Notes under the pieces: model-generated | Told to the model about the DNA's origin: nothing | Databases searched by the model: none | What the model saw: the letters and a program-made list of their open reading frames with translations, nothing else | Part shown: in pieces, positions 9,684-18,883 of the stretch | Position numbering within the stretch: the first letter of the stretch is position 1 | How the letters are laid out: every line of letters begins with the position of its first letter | DNA from: a candidate division CPR3 bacterium 4484_211 | GTDB lineage: Bacteria; Patescibacteriota; 4484-211 | Reading direction: 5' to 3' | Assembly: GCA_002084955.1 (NCBI GenBank) | Contig: MZGJ01000001.1 | Coordinates: 1-49,231, forward strand | Length of the DNA: 49,231 nucleotides | Program-made: the position numbers and the translations under genes

Positions 9684-9802
9684 CAAACTGCGTCAGGCTC
9701 ACGACTCCGCCACACGGAAACCCGAAGCCCTTGTAAAGCTCGTGCTTCAAACTCCGTGAGGTTCAGATCGCGTCATTCTACAATATCCCATAAATTCAGT
9801 TA

Positions 9803-9831
9803 TTGACATTTTATTCTTCTTATATTAGAAT
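9803..9831 (+). promoter_or_regulatory. Candidate sigma70-type promoter for the recombinase gene
   Basis: TTGACA-17 nt-TAGAAT, 35 nt upstream of the ATG at 9867. Confidence 0.45.
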
Positions 9832-9866
9832 TAAAAATCAGGTCCTGCAAAAGGCCTCAAACAGTC

Positions 9867-10739
9867 ATGATTCCCTTTGAAGAAGCCCACAAGCAATTTA
9901 TTGACCATCTAAAGGAAAAAGACAGCGCTCGCTCAACGGTTTTAGCCTATGGGAAGGACATAGAACAACTGTTAACCTTTGTTCAGAAAGAGCTGCGCAA
10001 AAGCGAAATCCAGAAGATAGAAAAGGCTGACCTTCAGAAATTTCTGAACCATCTGGCGGAGATTGGATTTACCCCCAAAACCATATCCCGTAAAATTAAC
10101 TCTACGAAGACCTTTTTTAGGTTTCTAAAGATTAACGAGTACATCACCGACGATCCCGCAGCACTCATCTCGCATCCAAAATTTGAAACTCCTCCCCCGA
10201 GGATACTCTCGGAAACCGAGTACATGGCCCTAAGGGACGCGGCAAAGAGCGATGCGCGAACCTACGCCATTATTGAGATACTGCTTCAAACCGGAATTAG
10301 GATTGGCGAATTGGCACAGATTAAACTTGACGACATTGAAATTAACGAAGAATTGGAGGCGGGAATGTTGAGGATTCCACCTTCCCGGGTTACTTTGGGA
10401 CGGAATATTCCCCTAAACAGGGCTGCGGTTAAAGCCATACAAAGATATTTAGAAATAAGGCCGGACGTAGAAGATCGGCATCTTCTGGTTACCCGTAACG
10501 GGAAGCCTCTAGCCATCAGAAATATTCGGGCGGCCGTAAACCGCTACTTTAAACAGGCTAAAATTGATAACGCTTCGGTAAACGATCTTCGCCACACCTG
10601 GGTTGCCCAGCACATTAAACGCGGGGCCAGTCTAATTGTTATCTCCAAGCTGGCCGGCCACAAACGAATTGCCACCACCGAGAAGTATCTGAAGTATGTT
10701 GAACCCCGAAAGCAAAAGGCCGAACTGGTTGAGTTATAA
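9867..10739 (+). CDS. Tyrosine site-specific recombinase (XerC/XerD/phage-integrase family)
   Basis: It has an N-terminal SAM-like core-binding region and a C-terminal catalytic region with LRHTWVAQHI (HxxR), GHKRIATTEKYLKY (catalytic Tyr context) and upstream Arg residues. It sits between tRNA genes. Confidence 0.85.
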   Translation: MIPFEEAHKQFIDHLKEKDSARSTVLAYGKDIEQLLTFVQKELRKSEIQKIEKADLQKFLNHLAEIGFTPKTISRKINSTKTFFRFLKINEYITDDPAALISHPKFETPPPRILSETEYMALRDAAKSDARTYAIIEILLQTGIRIGELAQIKLDDIEINEELEAGMLRIPPSRVTLGRNIPLNRAAVKAIQRYLEIRPDVEDRHLLVTRNGKPLAIRNIRAAVNRYFKQAKIDNASVNDLRHTWVAQHIKRGASLIVISKLAGHKRIATTEKYLKYVEPRKQKAELVEL

Positions 10740-10870
10740 AGATTGAAAAATGCAGATTGGTTTAACCCGCCTTAATCCCCTCCCCTTCTCGTTTACCAAT
10801 CTCTCCTATCCCCGCACCAGAAAAAAGAAATCGCCACCGCAAGGCGGCAGAGCCTCATCTTGCGTTTGAA

Positions 10871-10899
10871 TTGCATTTCTTATCCTCTCGGGATAAAAT
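10871..10899 (+). promoter_or_regulatory. Candidate promoter for tRNA-Asn
   Basis: TTGCAT-17 nt-TAAAAT. The -10 ends 8 nt before the tRNA 5' end. Confidence 0.45.
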
Positions 10900-10907
10900 A
10901 CAACTAA

Positions 10908-10982
10908 TCCGCGGTAGCTCAATGGTAGAGCGGCTGCCTGTTAAGCAGTTGGTTGCAGGTTCGAGTCCTGCCCGCGGAGCCA
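10908..10982 (+). tRNA. tRNA-Asn (GUU), CCA encoded
   Basis: Acceptor TCCGCGG/CCGCGGA, anticodon arm GCTGC-CTGTTAA-GCAGT, T arm GCAGG-TTCGAGT-CCTGC, discriminator G, CCA. 75 nt. Confidence 0.9.
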
Positions 10983-11665
10983 GGCTTGACGAGGAGCGTA
11001 TTTTGAGATTACATCAGAGGGTTTTTGCCAGGTATATCGGACCCTTTTGCCTTTCAATTCTAAGTTCTGAAGTGTCAACCTCAAAAGAAGCCTTTTTCCC
11101 TTGCTTTAGAACTTTCAAACACTTCGTTAGTTCTTAAAGCTAGTTTTAAAGTGTATTCTGCGGTCAAGTCAAATAGTAGTCTTCGTCAGCATTCTGCAAC
11201 TTAGAAATTTTAAAGTTAACTTCATTCTGTTTTGCTCTGATTTGCTCTGAACTTTTCCTAATTTCTTCATTCTTGCTCTTTGTAATTCGTCTGCAGTAAC
11301 GTCGGCGGAGTCCAAATTGCCCCCCGCCAGCAGGATCTGGCAAGGGCTGTGCCCTTAGGGCTAGTTCTGGCGACTGGATGGATGATGCGGTGCTCGGGCG
11401 GATTTACGAGATCATTAATGCCGGCTTTGCGGTCGGGATTGATAAATTTCGCCCCCTTGGTAGTAAGCCGCTTATTCTCGGCCAGCGTTTGGCGGAAATT
11501 ATGCAATACATCCGCTGGCGCGGAGGATCAATACATCTTTTGACTTCGGCATACACAACCGAACATATCGATGAGCTACTCGATCTCCTTGTACCGAACG
11601 GGGCGGTTTTCGCTTCACTGGACAGGCCGCGGGAGACGCACAGCCAAGCGATCCAACCCGATATC

Positions 11666-12802
11666 CTACACTCCCAGAAACGTTGAGAAGTTCTTTGTGG
11701 TAATTGTTTGCACTTGAGCCGCAGGATAAGCTTTGGTAAACTCTTCTGCTACTACTCTACGCATTTCTCCCTGCCATTTAAATTCAAAACCATAAAGATT
11801 ACCCCCCCGCTCTTCGATTAAATCAATCTCTTTTTGATCATAGGTACGCCAAAAATAATAATTTGCTCTCCGGCCTAAATTTTCGTTAAACTTCATTCGC
11901 TCTATGTACAAGAAATTTTCCCATAACTGTCCCTTGTCATTTCGAAGATTTAGACCATTAAAATTTTCAATCAGTGCATTTCTTACACCGTTGTCGTAAA
12001 AATAATAGCGGCTTGTCTTAGCAATCTCCTTCCTTAAATTCCGGCTAAACCCGCCAACTCTGTAAATAACAAAAGACTTTTCCAGTAGATCAAGATATTT
12101 ATCCACTGTTGCTCGGTCCATAGAAAGATTACTGGCTAACTCGGAGATGGCCACCTCATTGCCAATCTGGAAGGCCAATAAACGTAGCAAATCAACTACT
12201 TTATCCGCTTTTTTAATTCCGCCAAAATCAAGTATGTCCTTGTACAAATAACTGGAAACTAATTCCGCCAGATAATTTTCTCTTTGTCTCCGACTTTCTA
12301 TAGTTAACGCCTCAGGATAGGATCCAAAAACCAACCAACGCTCCAGTTGTTCACGGGCTTCAAATTTTCCCAACCAATCTGTTAGCTCCTGATAGGATAC
12401 CGGGTAAAGCATAAAAGTTTTCTTCCTACCAGTCAGCGGTTCGCTAATTTTCCCGGCTAAATCAAAAGAGGCTGACCCGGTAACCAAAACTTTAACCCCA
12501 GGGATGTTATCGACCACAATTTTTAAATTCAATCCAATATTGGGAACCCGCTGAGCCTCATCAATGATCAAAATTTTCTTGCTACCAATAAGTTCCTTTA
12601 GTTTTCGTTCATCCTGGCTGGACAGAACCTCGCGATATCTTAGTTGATCACCGCTAATTTGCAGATTGGATTCTTCTAATTCTTCGGCTAATTGAGACAG
12701 CAAGGTTGTCTTACCCACCTGCCGCGGGCCATAAAGAATAGTTACCTTTCCCGGCTGAAGCGCTTCTTTAACTGCCTTGGTAATAATCCTAGGAATTAAC
12801 AT
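11666..12802 (-). CDS. AAA+ ATPase with a DUF4143-type C-terminal domain
   Basis: It has Walker A GPRQVGKTT, Walker B ILIIDEAQ, and a C-terminal FWRTYDQKEIDLIEE...FEFKW segment typical of the AAA_14/DUF4143 family. Confidence 0.8.
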   Translation of the reverse strand: MLIPRIITKAVKEALQPGKVTILYGPRQVGKTTLLSQLAEELEESNLQISGDQLRYREVLSSQDERKLKELIGSKKILIIDEAQRVPNIGLNLKIVVDNIPGVKVLVTGSASFDLAGKISEPLTGRKKTFMLYPVSYQELTDWLGKFEAREQLERWLVFGSYPEALTIESRRQRENYLAELVSSYLYKDILDFGGIKKADKVVDLLRLLAFQIGNEVAISELASNLSMDRATVDKYLDLLEKSFVIYRVGGFSRNLRKEIAKTSRYYFYDNGVRNALIENFNGLNLRNDKGQLWENFLYIERMKFNENLGRRANYYFWRTYDQKEIDLIEERGGNLYGFEFKWQGEMRRVVAEEFTKAYPAAQVQTITTKNFSTFLGV

Positions 12803-13126
12803 AAATTAGTTATATTATAATCCAATTAATTTGTCAAACTATAGGTGAACGGTGGAAGGGCACAAAGCATGCAAAGAAGTTAACCAAGAAATTTTACCGA
12901 GGGCTCTTAAAATTGCTTATTCCTGTAATTCAAGGCTGGGATTACTCAGAATTTTCACTTGCTTCTCTTTTGGAATTTTAGTCTCAAATAGTTTGACTAT
13001 ATTTCCAACAGTAACTTCTTCTTTTTTGTTGCCGTTTTCTGCAAAGCCTCTTTTCAAATCTCAAAACGGCTCCTTAGTTAAGTGCACAAAATGTATTCTA
13101 CTATCTATGTCTGGCTTTAGTAACTG

Positions 13127-13170
13127 TTGACTTAATTCTCGCCTTCACTTATCATTATAATAGATGTGAA
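13127..13170 (+). promoter_or_regulatory. Candidate promoter and operator for the XRE/methyltransferase operon
   Basis: TTGACT-17 nt-TATCAT, immediately followed by TATAAT. A short inverted repeat, TTCAC (13144..13148) / GTGAA (13166..13170), brackets the -10 region. Confidence 0.4.
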
Positions 13171-13206
13171 AGAAAGAAAACAATATATTCTATACATTTT
13201 AATATT

Positions 13207-13434
13207 ATGGGATCTATGTCAAGCACTAATTCTAAATCAAACATCGCTAAGAACATAAGGAGATTAAGACAGGCAAAAAAGCTCTCTCAAGATAGATTAT
13301 CAAAGCTCGCCGATTTGTCGCTAAATTCAATCGTTAATATAGAGTCAGGCAACAACCCCAATCCTACAATTGGAACATTAGAAAAAATAGCCAAGGCGTT
13401 AGGTGTTTCAGTTGAAGAACTATTAAAGAAATAA
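13207..13434 (+). CDS. XRE-family helix-turn-helix regulator (possible R-M controller, C-protein-like)
   Basis: 75 aa. IRRLRQAKKLSQDRLSKLADLSLNSIVNIESG is a classic HTH_3 signature. Its size and position directly upstream of a methyltransferase/specificity operon resemble controller proteins. Confidence 0.8.
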   Translation: MGSMSSTNSKSNIAKNIRRLRQAKKLSQDRLSKLADLSLNSIVNIESGNNPNPTIGTLEKIAKALGVSVEELLKK

Positions 13435-13435
13435 T

Positions 13436-13768
13436 ATGTCTGATAATCTGAAGAAAACAATTAAAGAATTACCAGAAGACGAGCGACCGCGAGAGAAACT
13501 ATTAAAATTTGGCGCAGACAAACTTAGCGATTCAGAGCTTCTTGCAATACTTTTGAGAACTGGCACAAAAGGAAAGTCAGCTATTGAAATGGCGGAAGAA
13601 ATTATCAAAAGCGCTGGAGGAAGTTTTAAGGGATTGGCTGGTAAAGATATAGAAGAACTTACTAAAATCCCTGGTGTTAAAAACGCTAAAGTTATAACAG
13701 TTGCCGCTACCTTGGAAATTGCTCGTCGAATTTCCAAGCAAATATTGAAAGATAGAGGAATTATTTAA
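13436..13768 (+). CDS. RadC-like protein, N-terminal helix-hairpin-helix part only (no JAB/MPN domain)
   Basis: ERPREKLLKFGADKLSDSELLAILLRTGTKGKSAIEMAEEII...LTKIPGVKNAKVITVAATLEIARR matches the RadC/UPF0758 N-terminal region. The ORF stops at 110 aa, before the metalloprotease-like domain would begin. Confidence 0.7.
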   Translation: MSDNLKKTIKELPEDERPREKLLKFGADKLSDSELLAILLRTGTKGKSAIEMAEEIIKSAGGSFKGLAGKDIEELTKIPGVKNAKVITVAATLEIARRISKQILKDRGII

Positions 13769-13769
13769 T

Positions 13770-15779
13770 ATGCCGAAATTACCAGATCCATTTTCCATAA
13801 AACCGACGAAGGAGCAAGTAAAGATAACACGCGAAATCATAGACGCGATTTTTAAGGACCCCCAAGTTAAGTATGGTTTGCGGGAGTTTTCTAAATTAAA
13901 GATTGAAGAAGTTTTACAGGTTTTTGAAAAGGAGAAAGGCAAATTTTATACTCGTTGCTTTAAGCGTGACAAAGATATTTTAGTTTATAACAAAAACAAA
14001 AATACTAGTAAACCGGAAGAGATTATCCGTCAGCTATGGCTTATTCGTTTAATAAAGGATTATCGCTATCCTTTGGAAAGAATAGAACTAGAAAAAGATA
14101 TACGTTTTGGCCGAGAAGTGCACGCAAAAGCGGCTGATATCGTCATTTATCAGAAAGACAAAGTTACTCCTTATATTATTATTGAAGTAAAAAGCCCCAC
14201 TGAGGAGAAAGGAATTGATCAATTAAAAACTTATCTTAATGCCGAAGGCTCACCTATCGGTGTATGGTCAAACGGCAAAGAGCGTGTCATTTTATATCGT
14301 CCCTATCCAAAGCAGTTTGAGGATACACTTACTGAAATTCCAAGAGTAGATCAAACTGTCAATGATGTTTTAGAGGAAAGAAAGACGCTAAAACAACTTA
14401 CTTCTGATTATAACCTAATAGAACGAATTAAAATTTTAGAGGAACTTGTTCTTGCCAATGCTGGGGTTGACGTTTTTCAAGAAATTTTCAAGTTAATTTA
14501 CGCAAAACTTTATGATGAAAAGGAAGCAAAATCTCGGCTGGATCAAGAAGTATATTTCCGAAAATCAAAAGACCCTAAATTTACTTTTGATATTATTAAC
14601 CGTCTTTTCAAAGAATCAGTTGAAGAGTGGCCTGGTATCTTTAATCGCTATGACGAAATTTTGCTTTCCCCCGATCACTTGTCGGTTTGTGTGGGACAAC
14701 TACAAGATATAAAACTTCTTGACTCTAATCTAGAAGTGGTCGATGCCGCTTTTGAATATCTTTTGCCAGAGGTATCAAAAGGCAAAAAAGGTCAGTACTT
14801 CACACCTCGCCATGTGATTGACATGGCAGTAAAAATGTTAAACCCGCGTGATAAAGAATATATTATTGATCCTGCATCTGGTTCCGGCGGCTTTTTGATT
14901 CACGCTATGCAGTGGGTTTGGAGCTATGACTTAAAAGATGCGCTACACGAAAAACAGGTTGAGTACGCTCGCCGTTATCTTTACGGTATTGATTTTGACG
15001 ACAAGCCAGTAAAAATTTCGCGGGCATTAATGCTTATTGCCGGAGACGGCCGTTCGCATATTTTTAAACTCAATTCTCTTAATCCTAAAGAATGGCTGGG
15101 GTCTAATTCAGAAAAAGAAAAGGCTCGTGCCGAGCTACGCGAACGACTTCTTAAAACCGGCGATTATGAAAGAGATAGAGAAAACGAAGAAACCTTCCGC
15201 AACTTTGCTTTTGATGTTTTGTTAACTAATCCACCGTTTGCCGGGAAGATAAAGGAACAATTATTACTCCGAGAATATGAGTTAGTAAAAAATAAAAAAG
15301 GTAAGATTCCCAAGCAAGTTGGACGCGATCTTTTATTTATTGAACGGGCGTTGCAATTTATAAAACCGGGTGGAAGATTAGCAATAGTTCTTCCACAAGG
15401 AAAGTTGAATAATACTAATACAGAACATATTCGCCAATGGCTTTTTGATAAAGCGAGAATTCTGGCAGTGGTTGGGCTTCATGGAAATACATTTAAGCCC
15501 CACACCGGAACAAAAACATCAATTTTGTTCTTACAAAAATGGAATGACAATCCAAAACTTGGTCCATTAAACCCTTATCAAGAAGATTATCCGATTTTTA
15601 TGGCAGTTTCCAAAAAACCGGGCAAGGATAATTCCGGGGAATATGTTTATAAAAAAGACGAGAAAGGAAATTATATTTTGGATGAAAAAGGTCGGCGCAT
15701 TTTAGATCACGACCTCGATGAAATTGCCGAAGCATTTGTAAAATTCGCCAAAGAGCAAAAATTTAATTTTTGGGAATAA
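13770..15779 (+). CDS. N6-adenine DNA methyltransferase (HsdM-like, gamma class) fused to an N-terminal HSDR_N / PD-(D/E)xK-like domain
   Basis: The N-terminus has AADIVIYQKDKVTPYIIIEVKSP (D...E-V-K nuclease-fold motif of the HSDR_N family). AdoMet motif I is FTPRHVIDMAVKMLNP...IIDPASGSGGFL. The catalytic motif IV is LTNPPFAG. Confidence 0.85.
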   Translation: MPKLPDPFSIKPTKEQVKITREIIDAIFKDPQVKYGLREFSKLKIEEVLQVFEKEKGKFYTRCFKRDKDILVYNKNKNTSKPEEIIRQLWLIRLIKDYRYPLERIELEKDIRFGREVHAKAADIVIYQKDKVTPYIIIEVKSPTEEKGIDQLKTYLNAEGSPIGVWSNGKERVILYRPYPKQFEDTLTEIPRVDQTVNDVLEERKTLKQLTSDYNLIERIKILEELVLANAGVDVFQEIFKLIYAKLYDEKEAKSRLDQEVYFRKSKDPKFTFDIINRLFKESVEEWPGIFNRYDEILLSPDHLSVCVGQLQDIKLLDSNLEVVDAAFEYLLPEVSKGKKGQYFTPRHVIDMAVKMLNPRDKEYIIDPASGSGGFLIHAMQWVWSYDLKDALHEKQVEYARRYLYGIDFDDKPVKISRALMLIAGDGRSHIFKLNSLNPKEWLGSNSEKEKARAELRERLLKTGDYERDRENEETFRNFAFDVLLTNPPFAGKIKEQLLLREYELVKNKKGKIPKQVGRDLLFIERALQFIKPGGRLAIVLPQGKLNNTNTEHIRQWLFDKARILAVVGLHGNTFKPHTGTKTSILFLQKWNDNPKLGPLNPYQEDYPIFMAVSKKPGKDNSGEYVYKKDEKGNYILDEKGRRILDHDLDEIAEAFVKFAKEQKFNFWE

Positions 15780-15783
15780 AAAT

Positions 15784-17238
15784 ATGACAGATCAAGAAAT
15801 TCTACAAATATTTTTAGACACCCAGGAATGGCAGAGATTTGAATGTAAAAGAGCTGCCATTCAGCCATCAAAATTATTAGAAACGGTTGTTGCTTTTGCA
15901 AATACTGACGGTGGTTTTATAGTTATAGGATTGGAAGACCCATCTAAAGCGCGAGAAGAAGAGAGATTGATCGGAATTAGTGAAAATCCTAACAATGTTT
16001 CTGAGTTTTTAAAGCTCATTGAGAAAGAAATTGATCCTCCTTTAAAATCCTGGAGTAAATTTGAACTTGATATTTGCAATATTCATAAAGCTAAAGATGT
16101 TTTATTAGTAATTAATATAAGAAAAAGCAATGATGTTCATTCGTTAAAGAAAGGGGACACTTATGTCAGAAAAGGAAATCAAAACGTTAAGATTACTGCA
16201 AATGAGATTATTCGACTAAAATATGAAAAAGGATCTATAAAATTTGAGAGTGAGTTGTCTAAAATACAAACTCTTGATGAGATAGATAGAGATCTTTTTG
16301 GTGCTTACAAAAGCGATACGCAAAGTGAGGGAGAAGATGATTGGCAGTTTCTGAAAGACAACGGGTTAGCTATAAAACAAGACAATATTTTTGTACTTAC
16401 CAAAGCTGGGGTTTTGCTTTTTCATAAAAATCCTTCTGTTGCTCTTGGGAGCAAATGTGGCGTTAAAATATCTCACTATTACGGGACGAAACCTACTTAT
16501 TCCGAGAAACCTAATTTTGTTCGGCGGCCCTTTACCATAGAAGGCCCGCTTTTGCATCAGATAGAAAAGACAATTAAATATTTCCGGGATATTGTAAAAA
16601 ATTCTCCGCCAAAATTAAGCGGAGCTGCCTTTAGTCCTTCTGTACTTATTCCTGAATGGGCCTTCCAGGAGGCTATAACAAATGCTGTTATACATAGAAA
16701 TTATTTTATACAAGATGATATTCAAGTTAGATTTTTTGATGATCGAATAGAAATTGAGAGCCCAGGCACTTATCCTGGTCATATCACCGTTAGTAACATC
16801 CGTTCAGAAAGATTCGCAAGAAATCCTCTCATTTTAAGAACTCTTAATCGTTTTCAAACAGCGCCTAATTTAGACATTGGGGAAGGAGTAGATCGTATGT
16901 TTAAGATTATGAGAGAACGTAATTTGTATGAACCGCTATATTTTCCTCCGTCAATTAGACCCAATTCCGTTCTGCTAATTCTTTTTAATCTCCAAAGGAT
17001 AGAGTATTGGGATACTGTAAGCAAATATTTAGATAAGCATTATCGTATTACTAATAGTGAGGCCCGCAGAATTACAGGTATTAAAGATACTTTAAAAATG
17101 TCCCGTCTTCTAAAATCTTGGGTTGATAAAGGACTATTACAAAAGGTTGGCGAAAAAGCAAAAAAGGTGGTTTATTATATAAAACCAGGACAAGAAATGC
17201 CTAGTCGTTTATTTTCAAAGGGGGTTGAAAATAAATAA
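15784..17238 (+). CDS. AlbA_2 (Schlafen-like divergent AAA) plus HATPase_c_4 domain protein
   Basis: The N-terminus FECKRAA...VVAFANTDGGFIVIG is the AlbA_2 signature. The central EAITNAVIHRNY...RIEIESPG is the HATPase_c_4 signature. The C-terminus is winged-helix-like. The gene is inserted between the methylase and S genes. Confidence 0.7.
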   Translation: MTDQEILQIFLDTQEWQRFECKRAAIQPSKLLETVVAFANTDGGFIVIGLEDPSKAREEERLIGISENPNNVSEFLKLIEKEIDPPLKSWSKFELDICNIHKAKDVLLVINIRKSNDVHSLKKGDTYVRKGNQNVKITANEIIRLKYEKGSIKFESELSKIQTLDEIDRDLFGAYKSDTQSEGEDDWQFLKDNGLAIKQDNIFVLTKAGVLLFHKNPSVALGSKCGVKISHYYGTKPTYSEKPNFVRRPFTIEGPLLHQIEKTIKYFRDIVKNSPPKLSGAAFSPSVLIPEWAFQEAITNAVIHRNYFIQDDIQVRFFDDRIEIESPGTYPGHITVSNIRSERFARNPLILRTLNRFQTAPNLDIGEGVDRMFKIMRERNLYEPLYFPPSIRPNSVLLILFNLQRIEYWDTVSKYLDKHYRITNSEARRITGIKDTLKMSRLLKSWVDKGLLQKVGEKAKKVVYYIKPGQEMPSRLFSKGVENK

Positions 17239-17294
17239 AAAGTTGTCGAATTTACGTTTAAAATCAAGCATTTTTTCAATTTTCATTTTCATCT

Positions 17295-18656
17295 ATGGTT
17301 ACTTACTCCATTATTCAAAAATCACAACTTGAAGGCGGCCTGCGGCTGGATGCGGAATATTATCAGCCGGAGTATTTGAATAATGCAAAAATTATTGCAA
17401 CGTTACCATATGACGTGAAAAAGTTTGCCGACCTCGCTTCTTATATTACCAATGGTCATACGCCGTTGCATGCGGATTTATCTATCGGAGATGTTTATTT
17501 TCTAACCGCTGAAAATGTTTTTGATTTTTTTATAGATTATGGAACGGCAAAAAGAATTACTAAATTGGCGAGTAAAACAGAATTAAAAAGAACGATTTTA
17601 TCAGATAATGATTTATTGATAACAATAAAGGGGCGAGTTGGGAATGCCGCTATCGTTTATAAACTACAACAGGATACAAATATAAATCAGGATGTAGCAA
17701 GAGTTGTAGTAAAAAAGGGAATAAGCCCATTCTATCTATCTGCATTTTTGAATTCTAAATTTGGGAAATTACAAGTAGAAAGAATTGCGACTAATCAAAT
17801 CAATCCTTTCTTGGGTCTCGGTAATCTAAAAGAACTACTTGTTCCTATTATTGAAATAGACAAACAAGAAGAAATTGAGAAATTAATTAAAAAAGGATTG
17901 GATGAATTGGAAAATTCAATCTCTCTCTACTCTCAGGCCGAAAATTTGCTTTTGGAAGAGTTGGGATTAAAAGATTTTCAGGTTGAAGATGACCTATCTT
18001 ATATCGTCAATCTTTCCGAAATAAAATCTGCTCATCGCGCCGACGCCGAATATTTTCAGCCGAAATATGAAAAATTAATTGAAAAAATTAAGAAATACGG
18101 CTCGGTTCCCTTGTTAGATTTGGTCCAAAATGTGCCGGCGAGATTTAATCCGAAATCCCAGCCAACAAAACTTTTTCGATATATAGAACTTTCAAACATT
18201 ACTTCTTCTGTTGGGACAATAGATGGATTTTCAGAAGTATCAGGAGATGAAGCGCCAAGCAGAGCAAAAAGAGTGTTGAAAGCTAACGATGTTATTTTTT
18301 CCAGCGTTGAGGGTTCATTAGGAAAAGTGGCTCTAGCTGGAAAAGAACAGGAAGAATATCTGGCATCAAATGGTTTTTTTCAATTCAGAAGCAAAAACAT
18401 TCTGCCGGAAGTTTTGTTGGTTTTAGCAAAGAGTTTTGTTTTGCAAATGCAGTTTGAAAAAGAAACAACAGGTACTATTCTTACGGCAGTACCAAAAGAA
18501 GCTGTAAAAAATATTATTGTTCCAAAAATAGAGAAAACTATCCAGCAAAAAATCGCCGAATTAGTTCGAAAATCCCACGAAGCCCGCTTAAAAGCAAAAC
18601 AGCTTTTAAAAGAAGCAAAAAATAAGGTCGAAAATTTAATTGAAACAAAGTTATAA
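17295..18656 (+). CDS. hsdS: Restriction-modification specificity subunit (HsdS-type, two target-recognition domains)
   Basis: There is an internal duplication: RLDAEYYQPEY near the N-terminus and HRADAEYFQPKY mid-protein. Two coiled conserved spacers are present (EIEKLIKKGLDELE, IQQKIAELVRKSHEARLKAKQLL). Confidence 0.85.
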   Translation: MVTYSIIQKSQLEGGLRLDAEYYQPEYLNNAKIIATLPYDVKKFADLASYITNGHTPLHADLSIGDVYFLTAENVFDFFIDYGTAKRITKLASKTELKRTILSDNDLLITIKGRVGNAAIVYKLQQDTNINQDVARVVVKKGISPFYLSAFLNSKFGKLQVERIATNQINPFLGLGNLKELLVPIIEIDKQEEIEKLIKKGLDELENSISLYSQAENLLLEELGLKDFQVEDDLSYIVNLSEIKSAHRADAEYFQPKYEKLIEKIKKYGSVPLLDLVQNVPARFNPKSQPTKLFRYIELSNITSSVGTIDGFSEVSGDEAPSRAKRVLKANDVIFSSVEGSLGKVALAGKEQEEYLASNGFFQFRSKNILPEVLLVLAKSFVLQMQFEKETTGTILTAVPKEAVKNIIVPKIEKTIQQKIAELVRKSHEARLKAKQLLKEAKNKVENLIETKL

Positions 18657-18661
18657 ATACT

Positions 18662-18883
18662 ATGGCAAAAGTAGGCAGAAGGCGCAAAAGAAAAACTTCA
18701 ACAAGACAACGTTTTCTAAAAAAGAAAGGGTTAAAAAAGGTACCGAGAGGAAAAGAAATTGATCATAAAGTACCTTTATCCGAAGGAGGAAGCGATAGTT
18801 TGAGAAATTTAAGGTTGATTAAAAAGAAGACGCACAAGCAAAAGACAAAACGAGAAGCTCGCAGGCGCGCTAGAAGAAGATAA
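18662..18883 (+). CDS. Mini HNH endonuclease-like protein with highly basic tails
   Basis: 73 aa. EIDHKVPLSEGGSDSLRNLRLIKKKTHKQK fits the D-H...N...H HNH core. Both termini are Arg/Lys-rich. Confidence 0.65.
   Translation: MAKVGRRRKRKTSTRQRFLKKKGLKKVPRGKEIDHKVPLSEGGSDSLRNLRLIKKKTHKQKTKREARRRARRR

Noticed and set aside
10871-11137. 88-aa ORF in the track
   Set aside because: It is translated straight through tRNA-Asn (10908..10982). Its 'coding' signal is the tRNA sequence.
11267-11686. GC-richer patch with mutually antisense ORFs (79 aa minus strand, 102 aa and 64 aa plus strand)
   Set aside because: I cannot tell which strand, if any, is coding, and I recognise no family. It is possibly a remnant of foreign DNA at the island edge.
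12852-13130. 92-aa plus-strand ORF between the ATPase and the XRE gene
   Set aside because: It has a non-ATG start, Ser/Leu/Phe-rich low-complexity translation and no motif. Its 3' end (stop at 13128..13130) overlaps the -35 hexamer (13127..13132) of the predicted XRE promoter.
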